Positions 50,848-61,594 are shown, counted from the stretch's first letter. The stretch is DNA of 64,000 bases from an uncultured Candidatus Binatia bacterium (GCA_965200965.1 OZ241744.1:1792001-1856000), one strand, 5' to 3'. A program made the numbers and translations. The notes: generated by a model from the sequence alone, not told the origin.

Positions 50848-53196
50848 ATGGCAAAAAATCTGGTGATTGTGGAATCTCCGGCCAAGGCCAGGACGATCGG
50901 CAAATACCTGGGGCCTGACTATCAGGTCAAGGCTTCGGTCGGGCATATCATGGACCTGCCCAAGAGCAAGCTGGGGGTGGATGTGGACAAAGGCTTTGCC
51001 GCCCACTATCAGGTCATTCGGGGCAAGGCCAAGGTGGTTGAGGACCTGCGCAAGGCGGCCAAGGGCAAAACGCAGATTTTTCTGGCCTCTGACCCCGACC
51101 GCGAAGGGGAAGCGATCGCCTGGCATATTGCCGAAAAAATAGGCGCGAAAAACGGCCCGCAGGGGCCCAGAATCTCGCGTATTCTGCTGAACGAAATCAC
51201 CAGGAAAGCGGTCAGCGACGCGCTGGACAATCCCAAGGCACTCAACCGCGAGCGCTACGACGCCCAGATTGCGCGGCGGATTCTGGACCGCCTGGTCGGG
51301 TATAAAATCAGTCCGCTGCTGTGGGAAAAGGTGAGAGGCGGCCTATCCGCCGGACGCGTTCAGTCAGTAGCGGTTCGTATCATCAGCGAACGCGAGGCCG
51401 AGATTCGCGCCTTCGTACCAGTCGAATACTGGTCAATCATCGCCAACCTTGAGGGCCAACTGCCACCGGCTTTTGAGGCCCGGCTGTCAAAAGTCGGCGA
51501 CCGGCGGGTTGATAACAAAACCTTCCGTATCGAGAACCAGGAGCAGGCCGAGGCGATCCTGAGCCGGCTTGACGAAGCCCGTTGGACGGTGGACAAGATT
51601 GAAAAGCGCGACCGCCGGCGCAATCCTGCCCCCCCGTTCATTACCTCCCGGCTCCAGCAGGAAGCGTCGCGTAAGCTCGGTTACGCCCCAAGCCGGACGA
51701 TGGGCATTGCCCAGCGTTTGTACACGGGCGTTGAGCTCGGCGCTGAGGGCGCGGTCGGCCTGATCACCTACATGCGGACCGACTCCCCGCGCATCTCCCC
51801 GGCAATGATGGTGGCAGCGCGCGATTACCTGACGACAAACTACGGTGCGCAGTATGTCCCAAAACGGCCCAATGTCTTTCGCTCGGCCAAAAGCGCCCAG
51901 GAGGCACACGAGGCGATTCGCCCCACCTCCCTGGAGCATATGCCCCAGCGGGTCGCGGCCTTTCTGAAGCCTGATGAACTGCGGCTGTATACCCTGATCT
52001 GGAACCGTTTTCTGGCCAGCCAGATGGCCCCCGCTCTTTTTGAACAGACGACCGTGGATATTCGCGTCAACGACTACACCTTCCGCGCCAGCGGCCAAGT
52101 CATGCGTTTTGACGGCTTTCTGCGGGTCTATACCGAGGGAAAGGACGATAAAACCAGCGAGGATGAGGATGCCGAAAAACAACTGCCGGCCCTGACCCAG
52201 GGCGAGGTCCTGCACCTCCTCAAGCTGACCCCCAACCAGCACTTCACCCAGCCGCCGCCGCGTTTTACCCAGGCCACGCTGATCAAAGAACTGGAAGAGA
52301 ACGGCGTAGGTCGTCCCTCGACCTACGCCTCAATCATGGGCACGATTCTCAATAAAGAATATGTGCAGGAGGATGGGCAACGGCGTCTGCGACCGACCGA
52401 CCTCGGCATGTTGGTCACCGAACTCCTCGTTGAGTCCTTCCCCGATGTGCTGAACGTCGAGTTTACTGCCGGCATGGAAGAAATCCTGGATAAAATCGAA
52501 GAGGGCAAAGAAGACTGGCAGCGGGCGATGGACCGCTTCTACGCCCCATTCGCGGCCCGGCTTGAAAAAGCCGCCACACAGATGCGGGATGTCAAAGGCA
52601 GCGGCACGCCGACCGACATCGCCTGTCAAGACTGCGCCGACGGCCAGATGGTCATCAAGTGGGGCCGCAACGGCGAGTTCCTCGCCTGCACCAAGTACCC
52701 CAAGTGTACCGCCACCCGCAACTTCAGCCGCGATGAAAACGGGCGGATCGTAGCCGAGGAACGGGAAGAGACCCTGACCGACGAGACCTGCGAGAAGTGT
52801 GGCCGGCCTATGCAGGTCCGCTTTAGCCGGTATGGCAAGTTCCTGGGCTGCTCAGGCTACCCGGAATGCAAGGCGATCAAAAAGCCGGGCCGAGCCGCGG
52901 CTGTGTCCTTGGACATTACCTGCCCAGACTGCCACGAGGGTAAGATCCAGCAGAAGCAGTCTCGCCGCGGAAAAACCTTCTACAGTTGTAATCGTTATCC
53001 GAAGTGCAACTTTGCCCTGTGGGACAAGCCTGTGGCTGTGCCCTGCCCACAGTGCCAGGCACCCTTTGTTGTTGAAAAAACGACCAAGCGGGCCGGCACG
53101 GTCCGACGCTGTTTCCGGGACGAGTGCGACTATGCAGTGCCGGTTGAGCAGGCACCGGTCGCAGCCGAGCCGCCCGTGGAGCAGGTGGCAGGCTGA
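50848..53196 (+). CDS. topA: DNA topoisomerase I with C-terminal Zn ribbons
   Basis: LVIVESPAKA, DPDREGEAI, SAGRVQS, GLITYMRTDS, AQEAHEAIRPT, several C4 Zn ribbons. Confidence 0.97.
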   Translation: MAKNLVIVESPAKARTIGKYLGPDYQVKASVGHIMDLPKSKLGVDVDKGFAAHYQVIRGKAKVVEDLRKAAKGKTQIFLASDPDREGEAIAWHIAEKIGAKNGPQGPRISRILLNEITRKAVSDALDNPKALNRERYDAQIARRILDRLVGYKISPLLWEKVRGGLSAGRVQSVAVRIISEREAEIRAFVPVEYWSIIANLEGQLPPAFEARLSKVGDRRVDNKTFRIENQEQAEAILSRLDEARWTVDKIEKRDRRRNPAPPFITSRLQQEASRKLGYAPSRTMGIAQRLYTGVELGAEGAVGLITYMRTDSPRISPAMMVAARDYLTTNYGAQYVPKRPNVFRSAKSAQEAHEAIRPTSLEHMPQRVAAFLKPDELRLYTLIWNRFLASQMAPALFEQTTVDIRVNDYTFRASGQVMRFDGFLRVYTEGKDDKTSEDEDAEKQLPALTQGEVLHLLKLTPNQHFTQPPPRFTQATLIKELEENGVGRPSTYASIMGTILNKEYVQEDGQRRLRPTDLGMLVTELLVESFPDVLNVEFTAGMEEILDKIEEGKEDWQRAMDRFYAPFAARLEKAATQMRDVKGSGTPTDIACQDCADGQMVIKWGRNGEFLACTKYPKCTATRNFSRDENGRIVAEEREETLTDETCEKCGRPMQVRFSRYGKFLGCSGYPECKAIKKPGRAAAVSLDITCPDCHEGKIQQKQSRRGKTFYSCNRYPKCNFALWDKPVAVPCPQCQAPFVVEKTTKRAGTVRRCFRDECDYAVPVEQAPVAAEPPVEQVAG

Positions 53197-53247
53197 ACAT
53201 GGGGGGACATGGTGACGATGGGTCCATTTTTTGAGCTTGGATAGACC

Positions 53248-54576
53248 ATGCACGCCATTACAGTCATCGGCGGCGGGCTGGCCGGCAGCGAAGCCGCGTG
53301 GCAAATCGCCCAATCCGGCCTTGCCGTGTGTCTGTACGAGATGCGGCCGGTACGGCCGACCGAGGCCCACCACACGGACAGCTTTGCCGAACTGGTGTGC
53401 TCAAATTCTTTACGCAGCGCAGCGCTGACGACCGCGATCGGGCTGCTCAAGCAGGAAATGCGCCACTTGGGTTCGCTGATTATGCGCGCCGCGGGTGCCT
53501 CGCAGGTGCCCGCCGGCCAAGCCCTGGCTGTGGACCGGGAGGTGTTCTCGCGGACGGTGGGCGAGGCGCTGGCCCGCCATCCGTTGATCGAGATTCGGCG
53601 CCAAGAAGTCCAGGACCTGCCAAGCGGAGTCACCGTTATCGCCACCGGTCCCCTGACCTCGCCCGCTCTGTCCGCCCGGCTCCAGACCTTACTTGGCAGT
53701 GACTATCTGTATTTTTATGACGCCATTTCTCCCATCATTCAGGCCGACTCCATCAATCGAGAGGTTGTGTTTCGGGCCTCTCGCTACGATCGCGGCGGCG
53801 ACTATTTGAACTGTCCGCTGAATCAGGACGAGTATGAGCGCCTGGTTGACGACATCAGGACGGCGCGCAAGATGGACGCCAAAGCGTTCGAGCGGACGGT
53901 ATATTTTGAGGGCTGCTTACCGATTGAGGAGATGGCCCGACGCGGCAGAGACACCCTGGCCTTTGGGCCGCTGAAGCCGGTCGGCCTCAGCGATCCGCGA
54001 ACGGGCAAGCGTCCCTATGCGGTTGTCCAACTCCGCCAGGACGACCGAGCCGGCAGCTTATGGGGCATGGTCGGCTTTCAGACCAAGATGAGTTACCCGG
54101 AACAACGCCGGGTGTTTCGGAGCATCCCAGGTCTGGAACGGGCCGAGTTTGTGCGCCTCGGCAGCCTCCATCGAAACACCTTCATTGACTCCCCCCGGCT
54201 GCTGAAACCGACCCTCCAGTTTCGAGACCGCGCCGCTCTGTTCTTTGCCGGCCAGATGGTTGGGGTAGAGGGCTATGTGGAGTCGGCCGCGGCCGGCCTG
54301 CTGGCAGGGCTGAACGCCGCCCGGTACGCCCGACAGGCACCGCTCTTGATCGCTCCGGCGACGACCGCACTAGGCGCTTTGTTCACCTATATCACCAGCA
54401 GCGAACGCCGTGAGTTTCAGCCCATGAACGCCAACTACGGCCTGTTTCCGCCGCTGGTGCGTCGCTTGCGGGGACGCGAAAAAAAGGCTGCCCTGGCCGA
54501 GCGGTCGCTGCGCGACCTGGCCGCTTGGCAGACCGCCCATCAGCTGCCCGCCGCCGCGTCTGTCGGAGCCTCCTAA
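53248..54576 (+). CDS. trmFO: Folate/FAD-dependent tRNA U54 methyltransferase
   Basis: IGGGLAGSEAA, ELVCSNS, FYDAISP, YFEGCLPIE, HRNTFI, GVEGYVES; follows topA. Confidence 0.96.
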   Translation: MHAITVIGGGLAGSEAAWQIAQSGLAVCLYEMRPVRPTEAHHTDSFAELVCSNSLRSAALTTAIGLLKQEMRHLGSLIMRAAGASQVPAGQALAVDREVFSRTVGEALARHPLIEIRRQEVQDLPSGVTVIATGPLTSPALSARLQTLLGSDYLYFYDAISPIIQADSINREVVFRASRYDRGGDYLNCPLNQDEYERLVDDIRTARKMDAKAFERTVYFEGCLPIEEMARRGRDTLAFGPLKPVGLSDPRTGKRPYAVVQLRQDDRAGSLWGMVGFQTKMSYPEQRRVFRSIPGLERAEFVRLGSLHRNTFIDSPRLLKPTLQFRDRAALFFAGQMVGVEGYVESAAAGLLAGLNAARYARQAPLLIAPATTALGALFTYITSSERREFQPMNANYGLFPPLVRRLRGREKKAALAERSLRDLAAWQTAHQLPAAASVGAS

Positions 54577-54583
54577 GCCACCT

Positions 54584-55132
54584 ATGGCCTTACCCCGGCA
54601 AACCGAGCCGAGCAGCCGCCCGCCCGCGTCCCCAGGCCGGTTCTGCTGCGTGCTGAGCTTGGTGTGTGGGCTGCTCGGCTCATGTACCGCGTCCCCACAG
54701 CCCGGTTTTCGTCTTCCACCGCCCTCCCAAGCCCAGACCAAGACCTGCGGCGAACTGCGGGTCCGCTTCACCCTGAGCTACGGTCAGGACGACACGCCCA
54801 CCTATACCGCATCCGTTCGGAATAGCGCCGGCCAGCCGCCGACCACGGTCAGCCGGGTGCTGTTTGCCTTCACCCCCCTGCCCGATCTGGGCAAACCGAG
54901 CGGGACGACCACGACCCTCGTTGCCGCGCCCCTCGGAGAGGGCCGCTATCGGTCGAGCGGTGGCGTGCGGCTGTACGCCGACAGCTGGCAGATCGAGGTC
55001 ATCGTGCGTCAGACCGGGACGGCCGAGGTGGTGTGTAGCTTCGAGGTACATCTCTCGTCTGTCGCTGCTGTTGCGCCGGAGCGGTGCTTGCACCGTCCCG
55101 CAGGGCGGTTTATGGTGGGAGTGACTAGCTGA
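54584..55132 (+). CDS. Hypothetical lipoprotein (possibly YtkA/FixH-like Ig fold)
   Basis: Lipobox-like LLGSC; G.Y and W.IEV.VR pattern; start uncertain. Confidence 0.45.
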   Translation: MALPRQTEPSSRPPASPGRFCCVLSLVCGLLGSCTASPQPGFRLPPPSQAQTKTCGELRVRFTLSYGQDDTPTYTASVRNSAGQPPTTVSRVLFAFTPLPDLGKPSGTTTTLVAAPLGEGRYRSSGGVRLYADSWQIEVIVRQTGTAEVVCSFEVHLSSVAAVAPERCLHRPAGRFMVGVTS

Positions 55133-55158
55133 CCTCAGCCCAACAGGAAAGGCGGGCC

Positions 55159-55662
55159 ATGCACCTCATCTGCTGCTGTTTGCTGCTCGTGTCGGGATGT
55201 TTGCTGGCAGGTTGCTCGCCCAAGGGAAAACCGGTGGCCTGGGTACAGAGAACCGCACCGGTCTACCCCAACCCCCGCCCCCACGATTGTCACATGACGA
55301 TGCTCCAAACGCCGCCCGACAGAGCCCATGAAACCATTGCCCAAATCTGGTCCTACGGCAACGAACAGGACGAGTTGTCTCGAATGCAACACCTGATTCG
55401 CTTTGAAGCCTGCCAGCTCGGTGCCCACGCCGTCATTCTGCTCCCGGTCCAAGACGTCGCCCATGTGAACACCTTCAACGCCTATCCGGACTGGGCGACC
55501 GAACTGTCTGGATTTGGCCAGGGGGCGGGTTCGGTGCGCACCCGGACGAATAAAACCTTTAGCCTCTCCCAGATAGGCTTTGCCCTCGTCTATCTCCAAG
55601 ACGGGGAGAATAACAGCGGTCCGGAGAAGACACACAATGCTCAAAATAATGCTGTTCATTGA
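55159..55662 (+). CDS. Hypothetical lipoprotein
   Basis: Lipobox LLAGC; EA..LGA.AVIL motif reminiscent of YbjQ-like folds. Confidence 0.6.
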   Translation: MHLICCCLLLVSGCLLAGCSPKGKPVAWVQRTAPVYPNPRPHDCHMTMLQTPPDRAHETIAQIWSYGNEQDELSRMQHLIRFEACQLGAHAVILLPVQDVAHVNTFNAYPDWATELSGFGQGAGSVRTRTNKTFSLSQIGFALVYLQDGENNSGPEKTHNAQNNAVH

Positions 55663-56719
55663 CGGGACGTGGCTGTACTCGAACACGCCGCGCTTGGCCG
55701 AGTCGTATGGCAAAGGCGACTTTCAACTCGATTTTGGTCGCCTGCCCCAGGTCTTGGCCGAAGAGATCCGCAATCAGCTAAACGATCTGGACATCCACGT
55801 CGTCCGCACCTACCTCTTTGGCAGCTACGCCGCCAACTATGATCCACACGACCACGAGGTCGTGCAGCGGCGACTCGATTTTTTCTTCCGGCTCAAAGAA
55901 GAGTACCATTACGAGTTAGACACCTTTCCGATCAATTTTCGGGGCCGACGCCTGCGGCGAGTCGATCGAGACCCCAGCGACCCGTTTGAGCCCAAAGAAA
56001 AATGCGTGGATATTGCCCTGGCCACCGCCATTCTGTACTACGCCGCCATCCCCAACGCCTACGATATTGCCGTCGCCGTGGTTGGCGACCAGGACTTCAA
56101 ACCAGTCTTTCAGCACGCCCGGCGGTTGGGCAAGCAGGTCGCACTGGTCAGCATCCAGGGGAGTTGCGCGCCCGAGTTTGCCGACCCTCGGGACGAAGCC
56201 GGGGTCAAGGATTTTGATATTATCTGGCTGGACGACTTGCTCCACCGGCTCGAACTCAAATACGAACGCCACCAGCTCGACTGCCAGTCACCCGGCCATG
56301 TCGGCGACCGCCGGGTGTGGACGACCTTCCATCCCCGCAAAGGCCAGAAGTTTTTCTGTGACGTGTGTCGGGAAGCGTTTGCCCAGCAGCGGCAGGAAAT
56401 CCGGCACGAGTACCTGAGCAGCATCGACGCGCCGGCTGTGGCCGGTCCTCAGGTCCAACTCGGCGCACCGCTTAGAGGTCTGGTTAAGAAAAAGGTCGCC
56501 GAACGTGGGTTTGGCTTTATCCAAGGCGCGGACGGCCAGGACTATTTCTTCCACTGCACCGATGTCGAGCCGGGGTTTGCCTTTGAAACGCTTGACGAGG
56601 GCAGACCGGTCAATTTTGTCGTCAAGAAGGTCCCAGAGTTTGAGCGGGCCGGGGCGGCACAAAATGTGTCGCCGGCGACCGAGACAAGCGCGGAAGGCGT
56701 GTCAGACGCAGAATCCTAG
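55637..56719 (+). CDS. NYN (LabA/DUF88) domain protein with a putative Zn knuckle and a C-terminal cold-shock domain
   Basis: LFIDG, EKCVDIALA, GDQDF.P......GKQV (NYN acidic residues); C-x4-H...CxxC; RGFGFI....GQDYFFH (CSD RNP1/RNP2). Confidence 0.85.
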   Translation: MLKIMLFIDGTWLYSNTPRLAESYGKGDFQLDFGRLPQVLAEEIRNQLNDLDIHVVRTYLFGSYAANYDPHDHEVVQRRLDFFFRLKEEYHYELDTFPINFRGRRLRRVDRDPSDPFEPKEKCVDIALATAILYYAAIPNAYDIAVAVVGDQDFKPVFQHARRLGKQVALVSIQGSCAPEFADPRDEAGVKDFDIIWLDDLLHRLELKYERHQLDCQSPGHVGDRRVWTTFHPRKGQKFFCDVCREAFAQQRQEIRHEYLSSIDAPAVAGPQVQLGAPLRGLVKKKVAERGFGFIQGADGQDYFFHCTDVEPGFAFETLDEGRPVNFVVKKVPEFERAGAAQNVSPATETSAEGVSDAES

Positions 56720-57552
56720 CGCCACCCCGAATGTGGATCAGCATTCCCCGGATCAATCCGAACCTCCTGGACACCAGGAATTGAGCCAAGGGAGAACAGC
56801 ACATCGGGCAGGACCGGGCCGAGTTCGACCTGCTCATACACCACCGTCATCCGCTGCCCGCCGGACAGGTCGGACAGACTGATTTCAAACGGAAACTCAT
56901 GGTGCTGGACTTTCTGATAACGGCTCAAGTCAACCCGGCTGACAAGCCGTCCCTGCGGCGTGTGTCTTTCCCAGCGTCGCAGGATGGACCTTGCAGGCTC
57001 AAACCACACCCGGTGGGTCTCGACTTCGGAGATAGCCAACTCCAGACGATGCCAGCCGCGCTGGCGGTCAAAAGACATTGACCAGGCGGCCTCAGGCGCG
57101 GGCAGGACGGGGACACCACGCAACAGATTGACCACCTCCCGGGCGGACAACAACACCCGGGTAAAGCGGGCAATCGTCAACGGGTCGGCTTGGCCCCGGT
57201 ACAGCACCTTGTCGCGCGGGAAATAGGCGGCCAGGGTCTCACCGTTACAGCTGGCGAGGGCGGTCATACCGAACGGAGAAAAGAACTCAAGCCGGAACCG
57301 GTCCGGCGCGGCAACCGCAATCGCTTGCCTGGCCGTGCCTTTTCCGTGTGGGCCAGCATAGCTCACCCGGGCCAAGCCACGCACCCGCTCAAGCGCTGGA
57401 CGCCGGGCGTGCAACTGCTCAAGTAAAGCCCTGGCGCTCGCAACCCGCGGCGGTGGGGATGGCCCCGGACGGAGGCGGACACTACAGGCGCTCAAGAACA
57501 CCAGCACAACACAGGCCGGCCAGATCGGAAAGACAGGGAAAGACAGGACCAT
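56716..57552 (-). CDS. LolB/DUF4292-like outer-membrane lipoprotein
   Basis: Lipobox LSAC; PDRFRLE..SPFG; FP.EI; follows a TPR lipoprotein. Confidence 0.65.
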   Translation of the reverse strand: MVLSFPVFPIWPACVVLVFLSACSVRLRPGPSPPPRVASARALLEQLHARRPALERVRGLARVSYAGPHGKGTARQAIAVAAPDRFRLEFFSPFGMTALASCNGETLAAYFPRDKVLYRGQADPLTIARFTRVLLSAREVVNLLRGVPVLPAPEAAWSMSFDRQRGWHRLELAISEVETHRVWFEPARSILRRWERHTPQGRLVSRVDLSRYQKVQHHEFPFEISLSDLSGGQRMTVVYEQVELGPVLPDVLFSLGSIPGVQEVRIDPGNADPHSGWR

Positions 57553-57584
57553 CTGATTCGGCGCAGCCCCCGGGTATGCTCGGC

Positions 57585-59393
57585 CTATTCAAGCCCGGAA
57601 GAGCGCGTCTCCTGACGCTGAGCCAACTCGGCAATTTTATCCCGCAGGCGCCGGCGCTGCTCGCTCCCGGTCGTCTGGTCCAGGGCCGCCCGATAGGTGC
57701 GGGACGCGTCGCTGAGCCTTCCGACCTTCTGGTAGGCGTCGCCCAGATGCTCGGTGATGGTCGGATCGTCGTTGACCAGCTCGACGGCCCGCTCTAAATA
57801 CTTGACGGCTTCGGGGTACTCTCCACGCTGGTAATACACCCAGCCCAGGCTGTCGATATAAAATCCGTCGTCGGGCTCGACCTTGAGCGCCCGGCGGATG
57901 AGATGCTCCGCCTCGTCAAGGCGTATCCCCTGTTCGGCCCAGGTATAGCCCAGGTAGTTCAGGGCCGCAGAATTCTCCGGGTTGAGGTCGATCGCTTTTT
58001 GCAGAGAGGCAACACAGCGGTCTTTATCTTTATGCTCGTCGTAGATCGCTCCCAGCGTGAAATGATAGGCATCATTGGTGGGGGCCAGGCTGATCATTCT
58101 TTTGAGAATTTCAATCGCCCGGGGGAGATTATCGTTCTCTCGCTCCAGGCTGGCCAGATATTCCATCACATCGAGGTCATCCTTCCTCACCCCCAGGGCG
58201 CGCTTGGCCTCGACAATGGCTTGGGCCAGGTTCTTCTGGCGCCGATAGATATAGCTCAGATGCAGACGCGCATCGGCGTAGTAGTCGGTATCATCCGGGA
58301 TCTTCAGCAACTCGGTGATAGCTTTGTCGTCTTCCTCGGCTTCGGTAAAAATGACGCCCAGGAAGTAGCGCGCCTGGGCGTTGTCGGGCTGGGCGGTCAA
58401 GACCAGATTCAGCTCGGTGACCGCCCGGTCGTACTCCCCTTTTTCGCTGTAAATCAGGCTGATGCGCAGCCGGGTGTCATGGGGGTCGGTCTGAATCCTC
58501 TCCTGGATTTTTTCTAACTCGCGAAACTGCTCCAGGGCACCGTCGAGATCTTTTTCCTCAAGAAATACGCGTCCCAGGCGTTTGCGCGCCTGCTCGCTGT
58601 CGGGGTTGTAGTCAAGCGCCTGCTGATAGGTGTCGCGGGCGCGGTCAAGCTGCTCTTGCATCTCATACACGAGCGCCAGGTCGAGCATTACCATTTCCGA
58701 GCGCTCGTTCAGCGCCAGGGCCTTTTTATAGTAGGTTTCGGCCGTGTCGAGCTGGCCGGCCGCGGCCGAAATCTGCCCCAGGTAATAATAGCCCAGCAAC
58801 GAACGCGGATAGCGATCGACCAGGATCGACAACACCTCAGCGGCTTTTTCAAAGTGCTGTTGCTTGGCGTACAAGGTCCCCAGATATAGATACGGTTCTT
58901 GACTATCGGGCTGCCGCTCAAGGACGGCCTCGTAGACCGCCGCGGCCTCGTCTTCCCGATGTGTTGAAGACAACAGACCGGCCAAAAACATCTGAGCCTC
59001 AACATTGTCGGGCTCCTGTTCAACAACGATCCGACAGTGTTGAAGGGCCAACTCGGTCTTGCCCATCCGAACATACAGCTTGGCCAGGCGAAGGCGTAAC
59101 AGGGCGGTATCAGGGTCCAGCTCAACCGCGCTGGCCAAGCTGCTGAGCGCCGTGTCATAGTCGCCGCGTGTCTGGGCCACGCTGCTCTTGAGAAAGTGGG
59201 CCGGGGCGCGTTCTTTAGCGGTCAGGGCGGTTGGGCTGCCCGGGATAGCGTCCACCGCGGACGCAAGGACGGAGGTGGACGGAGGGCGCGGCAGGGCCGG
59301 GCCGGCGGCTGCGCAGGCCGACAGCGCGAACATCCCACCATAAAGAAAACCGGAGAGCCAGGGGAGCGCTCTCAAGCGTGGCCGCCCAGACAT
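57585..59393 (-). CDS. TPR-repeat lipoprotein
   Basis: Lipobox LSAC; many TPRs; ALNYLGY..A, YIDSLGWVYY, EHLGDAY. Confidence 0.9.
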   Translation of the reverse strand: MSGRPRLRALPWLSGFLYGGMFALSACAAAGPALPRPPSTSVLASAVDAIPGSPTALTAKERAPAHFLKSSVAQTRGDYDTALSSLASAVELDPDTALLRLRLAKLYVRMGKTELALQHCRIVVEQEPDNVEAQMFLAGLLSSTHREDEAAAVYEAVLERQPDSQEPYLYLGTLYAKQQHFEKAAEVLSILVDRYPRSLLGYYYLGQISAAAGQLDTAETYYKKALALNERSEMVMLDLALVYEMQEQLDRARDTYQQALDYNPDSEQARKRLGRVFLEEKDLDGALEQFRELEKIQERIQTDPHDTRLRISLIYSEKGEYDRAVTELNLVLTAQPDNAQARYFLGVIFTEAEEDDKAITELLKIPDDTDYYADARLHLSYIYRRQKNLAQAIVEAKRALGVRKDDLDVMEYLASLERENDNLPRAIEILKRMISLAPTNDAYHFTLGAIYDEHKDKDRCVASLQKAIDLNPENSAALNYLGYTWAEQGIRLDEAEHLIRRALKVEPDDGFYIDSLGWVYYQRGEYPEAVKYLERAVELVNDDPTITEHLGDAYQKVGRLSDASRTYRAALDQTTGSEQRRRLRDKIAELAQRQETRSSGLE

Positions 59394-59502
59394 GGCCAGA
59401 GCGTATCACGCGCGAAAAGAAATGGTCAATCAGCAAAGGCCGGCCCAGAGTCGCAACTTGCTCTCCCGGTCGGGGGATTATAGGTTGTCCCTGGAGCCTG
59501 AA

Positions 59503-60534
59503 GTGTGCGTAGACATCCCCTCAACCCCACAGCAGATCAGACAAGCGGCCTATGACCTGGACCGGATGTTTTCTCTGCGTGAGGCCGTCACCAGCCTGGA
59601 CCCCAGCGGTCCGCCCCGGGTACGGATGATTTCGTCCGAACCCATCCAAGCCTGCCGCCGAGTCGGTATTCTGTGCGGCTCGTTTAATCCCCTCACCCTG
59701 GCCCACAGCCAGCTGGCCGAACAGGTCTGCCAGACTTGGCAGCTTGACCGGGTGTTCCTGAGCCTGGCCACACGCACCGTTGATAAAGAACAGGTGACCG
59801 GCCTAGGGCTTGAGGATCGCCTGGCACTGCTGTGCCTCTACGCCGCCGGCCGGCCGTCAATGAGTGTGGCGCTGCTTAACCGCGGCTTGTACATCGAACA
59901 GGCCCGGGCCTTTCGCCGCCTGTTGGGAGCAGACACCGAGCTGTGTTTCCTGACCGGGATGGACAAACTAACCCAGATTCTTGACCCCCGCTATTACCAG
60001 GAAAGAGATGCCGCCCTCGGCGAACTGTTCGGCCTAGCCTGTCTGATCGTGGCGAATCGGGGCGATCTGGACCACACCGCTTTCCACCAATTGCTGGCCC
60101 AGCCGGAAAATCGGGCCTTTGGTCCGGCCGTCCATTTTTTTCCCCTGGCCGCGGCGACGAGTGCGATCAAGGACCTGTCGGCCACCGCCATTCGAGACGC
60201 GCTGGCAGCCGGCCGTTCAATTGGTGAGCATGTCCCGGCCGAAACGGCCCACTACCTGAACGAAACTCGTGCCTACCTTCCGGCCGAACTGCGAGCCGGA
60301 GAAGCCGTAGACGCCTACGCTATCCGGCTGGCACTCCTCCGGCTGCTGTACCGCGCTCGCCCCCGGGTCCAGCCCGATTTTCAGCGGCTGATGCGGACTG
60401 CCCTGACGACGAGCCCACAGGGACGGCTCCTCCGCCGGGCGTGTGCCGAGCCGTCTCCCAAGGCGGCTGTCGCGCTGTTACGCGCGTGCCTTGACCGGCC
60501 AGTGCTCCCCGTGGGTGAGGGTGGTTCGGGCTAG
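59503..60534 (+). CDS. Nucleotidyltransferase, NadD/NMNAT-like
   Basis: GSFNPLTLAH, GMDK, SAT.IR motifs; GTG start after GGAG (uncertain). Confidence 0.7.
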   Translation: MCVDIPSTPQQIRQAAYDLDRMFSLREAVTSLDPSGPPRVRMISSEPIQACRRVGILCGSFNPLTLAHSQLAEQVCQTWQLDRVFLSLATRTVDKEQVTGLGLEDRLALLCLYAAGRPSMSVALLNRGLYIEQARAFRRLLGADTELCFLTGMDKLTQILDPRYYQERDAALGELFGLACLIVANRGDLDHTAFHQLLAQPENRAFGPAVHFFPLAAATSAIKDLSATAIRDALAAGRSIGEHVPAETAHYLNETRAYLPAELRAGEAVDAYAIRLALLRLLYRARPRVQPDFQRLMRTALTTSPQGRLLRRACAEPSPKAAVALLRACLDRPVLPVGEGGSG

Positions 60535-60610
60535 CCGCTGTAGGGTCATGATGCTAGCCTGTGGACGGTCCGAGGGTCCGATCCAGCTTGTCCGAAGGAG
60601 GCAGGAGCGT

Positions 60611-61588
60611 ATGAGCAGTCAGCCGGTGACCGACTTTCTCAAGCACCACTTCCGCCATTTTAATGCGGCCAGCCTGATTGCGGCATCAGACGGCTATAGG
60701 CGACATATTGACCGGGGCGGAAAGATGCTGCTGACCATGGCCGGCGCTATGAGTACGGCGGAAATCGGGCTGTCTCTGGCCGAGATGATCCGTCAAGACT
60801 GCGTACACGCCATATCCTGCACCGGGGCGAACCTTGAAGAGGATGTTTTTAACCTGGTTGCCCATGACAACTATGAACGCGTCCCCCACTACCGCGACCT
60901 CACCCCGGCTCAGGAGGCCGACCTGCTCAATCGACATCTGAACCGGGTCACCGACACCTGCATCCCTGAGGATGAGGCCATGCGGCGAGTAGAAGCGGCC
61001 ATCCTCGAGGTGTGGCTTGAGGCCGAACAGCGGGGCGAGCGCTACTTTCCACACGAATATTTTTATCAGATTTTACGCTCCGGCGCGTTGCGGGCCTCCT
61101 ACCAGATTGATCCCAAAGACTCGTGGCTGATGGCCGCCACCGAGAAAAATCTGCCTATCGTCGTGCCGGGCTGGGAAGATTCAACCACCGGCAATGTGTT
61201 TGCCAGCCATTGTATAACGGGCACCCTCAAAAGTCCCCAAACGGTCCGCAACGGCACCGAGTACATGACCTTTCTGGCCGGGTGGTATGAGGAGGTGTGC
61301 CGGACGAGCCCGGTCGGCTTTTATCAGATCGGCGGGGGGATTGCCGGCGATTTCCCGATTTGTGTCGTCCCGATGCTCATCCAGGACCTGCGCCATGCTC
61401 AGACCCCGCTGTGGAGCTATTTCTGTCAGGTCAGCGATTCGACAACCAGCTATGGCTCGTATTCGGGAGCGGTACCAAATGAAAAAATCACCTGGGGCAA
61501 ACTCGGGGTAGAGACGCCGCGCTATATCATCGAATCTGACGCGTCGATCGTCGCCCCGCTCATGTTTGCCTATGTGTTAGGGATGTAA
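60611..61588 (+). CDS. Deoxyhypusine synthase family protein
   Basis: AGAMSTAE, CTGANLEED, PGWEDST, IGGGIAGDF, GSYSGA.PNEKITWGK, ESDAS. Confidence 0.9.
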   Translation: MSSQPVTDFLKHHFRHFNAASLIAASDGYRRHIDRGGKMLLTMAGAMSTAEIGLSLAEMIRQDCVHAISCTGANLEEDVFNLVAHDNYERVPHYRDLTPAQEADLLNRHLNRVTDTCIPEDEAMRRVEAAILEVWLEAEQRGERYFPHEYFYQILRSGALRASYQIDPKDSWLMAATEKNLPIVVPGWEDSTTGNVFASHCITGTLKSPQTVRNGTEYMTFLAGWYEEVCRTSPVGFYQIGGGIAGDFPICVVPMLIQDLRHAQTPLWSYFCQVSDSTTSYGSYSGAVPNEKITWGKLGVETPRYIIESDASIVAPLMFAYVLGM

Positions 61589-61594
61589 GGGCCG

